DNA from: Bacillota bacterium
Lineage (GTDB): Bacteria > Bacillota > Clostridia > Clostridiales > Clostridiaceae
NCBI GenBank assembly: GCA_030706015.1
Contig: JAUZPI010000003.1
Span: 7,004 to 71,003, forward strand
Reading direction: 5' to 3'
Length of the DNA stretch: 64,000 bases
The notes beneath the pieces were generated by a model. The model ran no database searches. It was given only the letters and a program-made list of their open reading frames with translations, and had not been told where the DNA came from. The position numbers and the translations under genes were made by a program. This document shows positions 1-6,676 of the stretch, piece by piece (position 1 is the stretch's first letter; each line of letters begins with the position of its first letter).

Positions 1-412
1 AGCGCTTATCTGTATTTAAGCTGAGTGGGTCCTCGTTTTTGTAGTACACTTGATACTTTAGGGATTCATCTGCAAACTTCGCTACACTCTCAACTACCTC
101 TATTGTTACCTTGGGCCATACCTCTGTTATTTTCTCTCTAAAAAGGTTTTCGTACCTCTCAGGAATAAGAAAATAGAAATTAACTTCATTTTTCTTTAAA
201 TCTATCATGAAGCTGCATTTACTCGGTGCTTCAACCTTCCATGCTTTTTCATCCCTACTTATCCTCTGCATGAGGCCTTTACTTAAGTGATTTATAGTTC
301 TAGCTATTGCAGTACTGTTATAATTGCGAATAGACGTATCTGGAATTAATCGTAGGATTACGTATCTTGGTTTCACTACCTTAAAATATTCACTTAGTTT
401 CAAACTCCTCAT
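1..412 (-). CDS. Hypothetical protein, N-terminal 137 codons only (runs off the left edge). Its position after two small membrane proteins would fit a VirB4-like gene, but no motif is visible in this part.
   Basis: My own minus-strand translation: the ATG at 412..410 directly abuts the TAA (415..413) of the upstream ORF. MRSLKLSEYFKVVKPRYVILRLIPDTSIRNYNSTAIARTINHL... stays open to position 1. It is absent from the ORF track because it is truncated. Confidence 0.45.
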   Translation of the reverse strand, partial: MRSLKLSEYFKVVKPRYVILRLIPDTSIRNYNSTAIARTINHLSKGLMQRISRDEKAWKVEAPSKCSFMIDLKKNEVNFYFLIPERYENLFREKITEVWPKVTIEVVESVAKFADESLKYQVYYKNEDPLSLNTDKR

Positions 413-616
413 TTAGAATACTCCATTTAGTAGGACCATTACTGCATATCCAAATAGAGTTATAATAGAAGCATTCAATCCTTTTTTCCATCCTACAATA
501 TAAGCAATAATAAATGCTGTTCCCAGGAGCATAGCTACAATATAACTATACCCAAATATACATGCCCATATTGAATGTCCTATACTTGCAAAACCAGATT
601 TCAGAAAATCCAACAT
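413..616 (-). CDS. Small membrane protein with two hydrophobic helices (VirB3-like by position only)
   Basis: 67 aa with two long hydrophobic stretches (IWACIFGYSYIVAMLLGTAFIIAYIV and ASIITLFGYAVMVLLNGVF). Tightly packed between ORFs on the same strand. Confidence 0.5.
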   Translation of the reverse strand: MLDFLKSGFASIGHSIWACIFGYSYIVAMLLGTAFIIAYIVGWKKGLNASIITLFGYAVMVLLNGVF

Positions 617-629
617 AGCAAATACCCCC

Positions 630-1010
630 TTAATTTCCGAAACTCTTAATTAGGTTCAACAGATCTAGAAAGAAAAATATAAAGGCATAACCTACCAAGT
701 ACTTTACGCCAGTTCTGACTATCTGTTTAATGTCAGAATTCCCGAGGTCGGTTATCATGTCCTTACTTGCAAAGATAGCTGCCGCCCAGTACCCTATAGT
801 AAGCATTATCTTCCACATAGCTAAACCCATTTTATTAGCTTTTGCAATATTATCATCCACTCCAGCTGCCAAAACGTGAAGGCTCCCTTGAGTTAAACAA
901 AGAGATACTACCATAAAGCTTATCTTTGCTACTGTAAATAATAATTTCTTAGTTCTATCACTTAATAAAGGTTTCTTTTTTCTCTTACAATAAAAAACAT
1001 GAAATTGCAT
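630..1010 (-). CDS. Secreted or membrane protein with VirB2/TrbC-pilin-like architecture (signal peptide plus two TM helices)
   Basis: Basic N-region KRKKKPLLSDRTKK, a hydrophobic core, LHVLA|AG, then two hydrophobic helices separated by a charged loop (SKDMITDLGNSDIKQIVR). The call rests on architecture only. Confidence 0.4.
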   Translation of the reverse strand: MQFHVFYCKRKKKPLLSDRTKKLLFTVAKISFMVVSLCLTQGSLHVLAAGVDDNIAKANKMGLAMWKIMLTIGYWAAAIFASKDMITDLGNSDIKQIVRTGVKYLVGYAFIFFFLDLLNLIKSFGN

Positions 1011-1080
1011 AATACCCCCTGTATAAAAAATTGATAATAGGAAAAAATATGAATAGTTAATAGTGAAAGGATTGATTGTT

Positions 1081-1155
1081 ATGCCAATATTGGTTGTTGG
1101 AGCTTTAATTTTAGCAGCTGTTTCTGAATCAGTTTTATTTAATTATTACTATTAA
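1081..1155 (+). CDS. 24-aa hydrophobic mini-protein (type I toxin-like candidate)
   Basis: AAAGGA lies 10 nt upstream of the ATG. Peptide MPILVVGALILAAVSESVLFNYYY, stop TAA. Followed by ~130 nt of untranslated sequence and an intrinsic terminator at 1285..1317. Below the ORF-track size cut-off. Confidence 0.45.
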   Translation: MPILVVGALILAAVSESVLFNYYY

Positions 1156-1284
1156 TTGTTAAACCTTTGAAAAATAATCAAGAAAATAACGTAAACTAGC
1201 ATAATTTCACTACCTACTCGCATATGCTGAAAGTGTAGCGCAGTGAAGCGAGAGCGAATGTAGCGCACTTAAAGCTTGATGCCT

Positions 1285-1317
1285 AAGTCTACCCTTCTTC
1301 GGTAGGCTTATTTTTTT
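1285..1317 (+). terminator. Intrinsic terminator of the 1081..1155 transcript
   Basis: aagtctacc / ggtaggctt stem (one G-U pair), 7-nt loop, then a TTTTTTT run on the plus strand only. Confidence 0.6.
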
Positions 1318-1322
1318 ACGGT

Positions 1323-1565
1323 TTATTCCCCCAATATGCTTGATATGGCATTAGAAACACTCTTATCTAATTTATTATCTTTTACAGGCTCCCTGACTTC
1401 TGGCGGTGGATTATTCTGAATTGTGATATTTGCATATCTGTATTTTAGAAAGAATCTTACAGCATCTTTAATAAAGCAACTCCTATTCCCTTGCCCTTTT
1501 ATCTCTAGAAGTAATTTAATATCTTCATCTGTTTCCTTAAAACTTAGAGGAATTGTTTTAGACAT
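1323..1565 (-). CDS. Ribbon-helix-helix (CopG/Arc-like) DNA-binding protein candidate
   Basis: N-terminus MSKTIPLSFKETDEDIKLLLEIKGQGNRSCFIKDAVRFFL has a beta-strand plus two-helix pattern. Inverted repeats tagatagaa/ttctatcta lie in its upstream region (about 1600..1645). Confidence 0.45.
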   Translation of the reverse strand: MSKTIPLSFKETDEDIKLLLEIKGQGNRSCFIKDAVRFFLKYRYANITIQNNPPPEVREPVKDNKLDKSVSNAISSILGE

Positions 1566-1741
1566 ATATATTTCTGCTCCTTTCTATATAGATTTAGATA
1601 GAAATATCTATAGGTTGCCATTAGGTTTGAATGCTTTTCTATCTAGTTCTATATATATCTATGTAGTTTTGTATAGAAAATTGCCTGTCCCCTTTAATTT
1701 TTTATAAAATTTTTCTAAAAAGTTAAATAAAAAAATAGCAT

Positions 1742-1960
1742 CTACTCAAGATGCCATATTTCCTCTACTCTTTTATTAAGTTTTTTAGCTACCTTTAGAG
1801 CTATAAGTAAAGGTGGAGTTGATTCTTCATTCTCCCACTTTATGTACGTTTGTATTGATATATCTATCATTCTGGCAAATTCACTTTTACTATCAATCAT
1901 GTATTCCTTAAGTCTTATCTCTTTTAATTTGCATTTAAAACCTTTACTCAAGTTAATCAC
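1742..1960 (-). CDS. XRE-family helix-turn-helix transcriptional regulator
   Basis: 72 aa. KEIRLKEYMIDSKSEFARMIDISIQTYIKWENEES is a typical HTH_3 pattern. A hairpin gcatct/agatgc plus U-run overlaps the stop codon. Confidence 0.75.
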   Translation of the reverse strand: MINLSKGFKCKLKEIRLKEYMIDSKSEFARMIDISIQTYIKWENEESTPPLLIALKVAKKLNKRVEEIWHLE

Positions 1961-2041
1961 CTCACAACTTTAGCATATGTATTATTTCGCCAACTGGTTA
2001 TAAAATCCTTTATTTGGTAATAATTTAGCTGAGGTGATTTT

Positions 2042-2152
2042 ATGTATTTTTGTTTGGAGGTATTAAGTATTCTGATATTAATATTAATGTTATTAGTACC
2101 GATTTGTATTGTATATATTATAGCTTTATTAAGTGCAAAAAAGATGATTTAA
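2042..2152 (+). CDS. 36-aa hydrophobic mini-protein (type I toxin-like or holin-like candidate), divergent from the XRE gene
   Basis: GAGGTG lies 5 nt upstream of the ATG. Peptide MYFCLEVLSILILILMLLVPICIVYIIALLSAKKMI, stop TAA. A terminator follows at 2172..2212. Confidence 0.5.
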   Translation: MYFCLEVLSILILILMLLVPICIVYIIALLSAKKMI

Positions 2153-2171
2153 TGTGAAAATAAGATAAAGA

Positions 2172-2212
2172 AAAACGATTGGTTTTAAAGAATGAAACCT
2201 ATCGTTTTTTTA
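2172..2212 (+). terminator. Intrinsic terminator
   Basis: aacgat-t-ggttt ... aaacc-t-atcgtt stem followed by TTTTTTT. Confidence 0.6.
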
Positions 2213-2452
2213 TAAAATTCATGTATTATTAATTCAAATAGGAAGAAAAGTGGCTTAAGACAGCATAATGCAAGCACTTAGTAGCATTTACAACCTATTA
2301 AAATTTACAAAAGAAATAAGCAGTATTGTTAAAATAAGCTCAGTTACAAGCAGAAAATTAACAATACTTCATAATGAAAAGGACATGTTATTACTTCATT
2401 AGAAGTTTTGACATATTCACTGTTTTTTAACCCCCAGATTTATAACATAAAA

Positions 2453-3532
2453 CTAATTTATATGTGTAATAAATTCTTTGAGGATTTCGCTGATATGTAT
2501 AAAATATTCATTATTAATAACAGCAAAATCCCCATACTCAAGCCTATAGATATTATACTTTTCTTTTTCCTCTAAGTATTGTTTATCCACAATGCCATTA
2601 TTATGTACATGAATATTCCTTCTTTTTACCATTTCAATGATATCAGTGAAGATATTTTTATCTTTAATAGTAAATAGTTCCTCATTGAATTCGTACAAAG
2701 TAAGTAATAGTTTATAAAGATGTATATTATCAAGAGCTTCTTTTACTAGGTTAGTTTTAAATTCATCGAAATTCTTGCATTTTCCAATGTCTGTATATGA
2801 AACTTTTCCTTTTGGAACTAGCTTATCAATACATTTAAAAAAATTATTGCAATATATTTCTTCAGATATTTCGTACATTATAGCATCAAATGCCGTAATT
2901 AATAAAATGAAGGATTGTCTGTATATATTAATTGGATTATTATCATCAAAAATATTATATAAGGTTTTTAAATTTACTAATTTATCATAATTATAATTCA
3001 ATTTAGCCACGTAATAATTATTATATTCTATCTTGCAGTATTCAATTAGTTTTTTATAATCTTCTATGCTAAATCTAGAGTAGTATTTTCGACCATCAGG
3101 CGTAAACCTTTCTATCTCGTTCTTTAATTCTTCCGCTGAAAGATTATTGATATATTCTTCATACGATCCATCTACATAACACGGGTCTAGATAATTTAAT
3201 AGGCCATGCTCCTTTTTTAAAATTTCTAACGATTCTGCCCATGATGGAATTTTTATTATATTATAAACTTTTCTCTCTTGTTCATAATTTTTAAGTTCAA
3301 CATTAATTTCTTCATATATTTGTTTTATTATTGATTGATTTTGCTTGTGTTCATTGGATTCGCTAGCATATAAATTAAATCCCTTTACTAATTTTTCAAT
3401 ATTTTCTGTCTCAATATAAACACACAGATCCTTATACTGCATATAGAAATTATCTTCAATATACTGAACATAATTTAATATTGTTTCTAGTTCGCCTAAA
3501 AATCTATTTATGGATAATTGAAGAGAATCCAT
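2453..3532 (-). CDS. HEPN-motif protein (AbiD/AbiF-like Rx4H motif), candidate abortive-infection or defence RNase
   Basis: 359 aa. The C-terminal helical region contains MVKRRNIHVHNNG (RNxxxH = Rx4-6H HEPN signature). The N-terminal ~200 aa are not recognisable. It lies downstream of the lysis cassette. Confidence 0.5.
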   Translation of the reverse strand: MDSLQLSINRFLGELETILNYVQYIEDNFYMQYKDLCVYIETENIEKLVKGFNLYASESNEHKQNQSIIKQIYEEINVELKNYEQERKVYNIIKIPSWAESLEILKKEHGLLNYLDPCYVDGSYEEYINNLSAEELKNEIERFTPDGRKYYSRFSIEDYKKLIEYCKIEYNNYYVAKLNYNYDKLVNLKTLYNIFDDNNPINIYRQSFILLITAFDAIMYEISEEIYCNNFFKCIDKLVPKGKVSYTDIGKCKNFDEFKTNLVKEALDNIHLYKLLLTLYEFNEELFTIKDKNIFTDIIEMVKRRNIHVHNNGIVDKQYLEEKEKYNIYRLEYGDFAVINNEYFIHISEILKEFITHIN

Positions 3533-3744
3533 TTTATCTACTCCTTTCTTTTTTCATATTTCACAAAACATTTGTATTCGATTTTATTTTATGAAAAAGT
3601 GAAATAAATCCTAGGACTGGCAAATGCCAATTCTGGGGGATTATTATGTTACTTATGTTAAGATTAAAGGACATGTCATCACCTGTTGATTGAAGTATTG
3701 ACATGTCAATATTAATTTAAAAATATTAATTTAAAAATGAAAAA

Positions 3745-4527
3745 CTATATCTCCCAAGCATCATCGCTCATGTATTTACAAGGTTCTTTTTCCACCTCAT
3801 TGACTTTTACTCTAAAAATCTTTCCCAAAAACTCATTTTGTACCTCATCTTGCAACATTTTTAAAAGATATTGCAGTTTTTCAGCATTATCATCAAAGAA
3901 TATTCTAAAGAATACAAGTTGATTTATATCTTTCTCGGAAAATTGTTCACACTTATCAAAATGGTTTGATGCTGTATATCGTGCAGTGTTTAAAGTATTT
4001 TTTTGAGTATCATATATCTTGGAGTATAGTTCATTAATATCTTTTATTCGATCTTGAAATTTATAGAGTATAATAATTCGCGTTTCAAAAATGTTATTTA
4101 ATGCTTTAATCTCATTGCTACATTTTTCTCCAGAGTTTTTAATATTCTCATATTCTTTCATTAGCGAATCTATAACCATTAAAGTACTATTAGCTAGATC
4201 TTTTTCTATTTTAGATTTACTTGAAATATCTCTCAAAGTTATATACATCTCACATAGACAATAAGTTCTACTGTAATCAATTATATTCTCAATAAAATTA
4301 TACATTTTTACTATTTCTTCATGGATTGATGTTATTTTATCTGTAATAAGTTCTGATACCTTTAGTTGTAAATCAGTTTTAAGCTTACTTTTTTCTCTAA
4401 TTGATGAAATTACGCCGGTCAAAACAGCTCCACTAACTGCACCACCACATAAAGTGACAACCTTACTCCAATCAATATCAGCTATTAGTTTAAAAATTGC
4501 ATAACTAGTTTGGGGATCAGCCATCAT
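3745..4527 (-). CDS. Single-pass membrane protein with a long helical cytoplasmic domain; function unknown
   Basis: AAGGAG lies 6 nt upstream of the ATG at 4527 (the track start at 4542 has no SD). One TM segment, VVTLCGGAVSGAVLTGVISSI; the rest is a charged helical region. Confidence 0.55.
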   Translation of the reverse strand: MMADPQTSYAIFKLIADIDWSKVVTLCGGAVSGAVLTGVISSIREKSKLKTDLQLKVSELITDKITSIHEEIVKMYNFIENIIDYSRTYCLCEMYITLRDISSKSKIEKDLANSTLMVIDSLMKEYENIKNSGEKCSNEIKALNNIFETRIIILYKFQDRIKDINELYSKIYDTQKNTLNTARYTASNHFDKCEQFSEKDINQLVFFRIFFDDNAEKLQYLLKMLQDEVQNEFLGKIFRVKVNEVEKEPCKYMSDDAWEI

Positions 4528-4620
4528 CCAACACTCCTTCATTTTCCTATAGTATTAAACATGAAACGCACATATATCTTATTCTACACATAATATCTCT
4601 TTCCTTCAAAAAATAAGAAA

Positions 4621-4657
4621 AAACCCCCAAGGCTAGCAAATGCTAATCCTGGGGGTT
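4621..4657 (-). terminator. Terminator after the lysis cassette
   Basis: Minus strand: ccccagg-at-tagc attt gcta-g-ccttgggg hairpin followed by gttttttcttatttttt. Confidence 0.6.
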
Positions 4658-4659
4658 TA

Positions 4660-5031
4660 CTATGCTGTAGTTTTATTTTTACTAATATTAATCTCAGCCA
4701 CTCCAGCTTTTATAATATTGAAAATTTCATCTTCTTTTAGTCCTGTCTTTCCTTCAATAAGTTCTAACACCTTAGAATGCTTAAAAGTACCTTCCCAATT
4801 GAATTCCTTACCTAACTGCTCCACTGCCATTACGGTTTCTCTTATTGTTTGTTTATCTTTATTATACTGTTCAGTTCCCATACTTTGCTCTAAGGCTTCT
4901 TTTTGTTTGCTTATCAATTCTTTTTTAGCATCAAGGTATGATTTTACCTGTCTTCTGGCTACCTCTAAAATAGTGCCTATAACGGCCACTAAAATTGGTA
5001 CAATAATTTGATTTATAACTAATTCTTTCAT
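4660..5031 (-). CDS. Holin-like protein (LL-H holin family-like: N-terminal TM plus charged tail)
   Basis: N-terminus VINQIIVPILVAVIGTILEV is a TM helix, followed by a highly charged helical tail. Adjacent to the endolysin gene. Confidence 0.5.
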   Translation of the reverse strand: MKELVINQIIVPILVAVIGTILEVARRQVKSYLDAKKELISKQKEALEQSMGTEQYNKDKQTIRETVMAVEQLGKEFNWEGTFKHSKVLELIEGKTGLKEDEIFNIIKAGVAEINISKNKTTA

Positions 5032-5082
5032 CAGAATCCCTCCATGAATTTAATAATAAAAGAGCCTAGATAAATCTAAACT

Positions 5083-6078
5083 CTAGCAATTCTCGTCCAA
5101 AAGTTTTGACCAAGTTTGAGAACCGACCACGCCATCAGGAACTAATCTGTGTGATGCCTGCCAGTTCTGAACATTAATTTTAGTTTGATTTCCAAAGGTT
5201 CCATCAATTGAGCCGCCACATCTGTATTGAATATACCTAGTAGCATATTCATAGTGTGGGTAAGGTACTCCATCAACTGATCTACTCAAAATTTGGTCTG
5301 CTGCTCCAGCTGTTCTTGGGCCCCATATTCCATCTACAGATAAACCCATTGCTTTTTGGAACTCTCTAATAGTAGAATCTGTTTGAGGTCCTTCTATTCC
5401 ATCTACAACTAGATTTTTCTTTAACAGAGTGTTTAACTGTTGCTGAATTGTTTTGATAGTGTCATTGACCTGGGTGATAGCTGCAGCCTCTGCTTTTACT
5501 GGATTACTGCTTGTATTTCCTGTAAAAATAGCTTCTGAAAATACATCTAAGTCACAATCTCCTGTAATGCCTGGTACACTACCGTGTTCAGAATACTGCC
5601 ATCCAACAAAGTTTGGTACTGAAGGTTGATGTGATCCATAGTTTGCAATCCATATTGGAATATCTGTAATGGTAGCTAGGTTAATATATTCGGTAAGGAA
5701 TGAGCTGTAAGTATAAAGTACACATTCCTTACCTGCAGCCTTCATAAGATCAAAGAAAGTCCTAACGTTATTTGTAATTTGCTGTAGGCTTTGTCCTAAA
5801 TCCACTTCACAATCAATAGCATATTTGCAATCTACAGGCAGTCCAGCAGTGGCATTTATCAAATTATTAACTTCATCCTGCATTGCATTGGCTCTTAAAA
5901 AGTGGTAGAATCCTACCTTTAAACCTACGGATTTTGCTTGGTTATAGTAATCCTTTAAGGTATTTGCCACATAAGTTTTCCCTTCTGTAGCTTTTATGTA
6001 GACTACCTCTACACCGCTGTTTTTTACTTCTTGAAAATCTACGTTCCCTTGGTATGGTGAAATATCTATTCCCTTCAT
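5083..6078 (-). CDS. Endolysin: GH25 muramidase with C-terminal peptidoglycan-binding (PG_binding_1) repeats
   Basis: MKGIDISPYQGNVDFQEVKNSGVEVVYIKATEG is a GH25 N-terminus. The C-terminus has repeats DGIEGPQTDSTIREFQKAMGLSVDGIWGPRT and DGTFGNQT...LVPDGVVGSQTWSKL. Confidence 0.9.
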   Translation of the reverse strand: MKGIDISPYQGNVDFQEVKNSGVEVVYIKATEGKTYVANTLKDYYNQAKSVGLKVGFYHFLRANAMQDEVNNLINATAGLPVDCKYAIDCEVDLGQSLQQITNNVRTFFDLMKAAGKECVLYTYSSFLTEYINLATITDIPIWIANYGSHQPSVPNFVGWQYSEHGSVPGITGDCDLDVFSEAIFTGNTSSNPVKAEAAAITQVNDTIKTIQQQLNTLLKKNLVVDGIEGPQTDSTIREFQKAMGLSVDGIWGPRTAGAADQILSRSVDGVPYPHYEYATRYIQYRCGGSIDGTFGNQTKINVQNWQASHRLVPDGVVGSQTWSKLLDENC

Positions 6079-6094
6079 AATTGCATCTCTCCCT

Positions 6095-6352
6095 TTATCT
6101 AATTTTAATTAAATATCCCAAAACAAAAAGGGTAATGGTAACTATAATACCAAAACCCCATTTAAGCGTATTTACTAAGTTTTTAATTTGTTCGCATAAA
6201 CTTTCTATTTTTGTATCAACTGCAGCCCCTCTTTGCTCCAGCTTGTCTAGTCGGTCGCTATGTCCATTTATCCTTTTTTCATGATTATCTAACCTTTCAT
6301 CTACTCTTTCGTGGATTTTTTCACATAGTTTTGCATCATAACTTTCGCTCAT
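6095..6352 (-). CDS. XhlA-like lysis-associated membrane protein
   Basis: 85 aa with a coiled N-terminal part and a C-terminal TM (WGFGIIVTITLFVLGYLI). Sits directly upstream of the endolysin, as in PBSX-type lysis cassettes. Confidence 0.6.
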   Translation of the reverse strand: MSESYDAKLCEKIHERVDERLDNHEKRINGHSDRLDKLEQRGAAVDTKIESLCEQIKNLVNTLKWGFGIIVTITLFVLGYLIKIR

Positions 6353-6387
6353 GGTATACCTCCTTAATTTTCAGTATAAAAAAACAC

Positions 6388-6663
6388 CTACTGAGTAGAT
6401 GCTATTGGATACTTGTTTAGTATTGATGTTGTTATTATCTCGAGTTGTTTAGTTTCAATATTAACTTTGTATCCTATAGGGCTATTAATAACAGTAGTAT
6501 CCTTGTCTACCACTACAACATCAATGATTATGGATAATTCTGCCGAATGATCTCCAAAATAAACATTTATGTCTTGAATACCAGTTGCAATTGAGTAAAT
6601 ATCACCATTACTCTTATAGTAAAAAACTGTCATACTATTGCTCATTTCAGTTATATCAGCCAT
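6388..6663 (-). CDS. Hypothetical phage protein
   Basis: 91-aa ORF packed between the tail and lysis genes on the same strand. Confidence 0.55.
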   Translation of the reverse strand: MADITEMSNSMTVFYYKSNGDIYSIATGIQDINVYFGDHSAELSIIIDVVVVDKDTTVINSPIGYKVNIETKQLEIITTSILNKYPIASTQ

Positions 6664-6676
6664 CTGTATTCCTCCT

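Noticed and set aside
1234-1267. The GC-rich gtagcgcagtg segment as a tRNA fragment (D-arm-like TAGCGCAGT)
   Set aside because: No acceptor stem, anticodon arm or T-arm can be drawn around it. I treat it only as an unexplained duplicated motif in a 3' UTR.
1423-1707. Plus-strand 94-aa ORF
   Set aside because: It is antisense to the RHH gene and its promoter region, and it has no SD.
3737-3922. Plus-strand 61-aa ORF starting near the TTGACATGTCAA palindrome
   Set aside because: It has no SD and lies antisense to the 3' end of the TM-protein gene. At most it marks an antisense transcript, not a protein.
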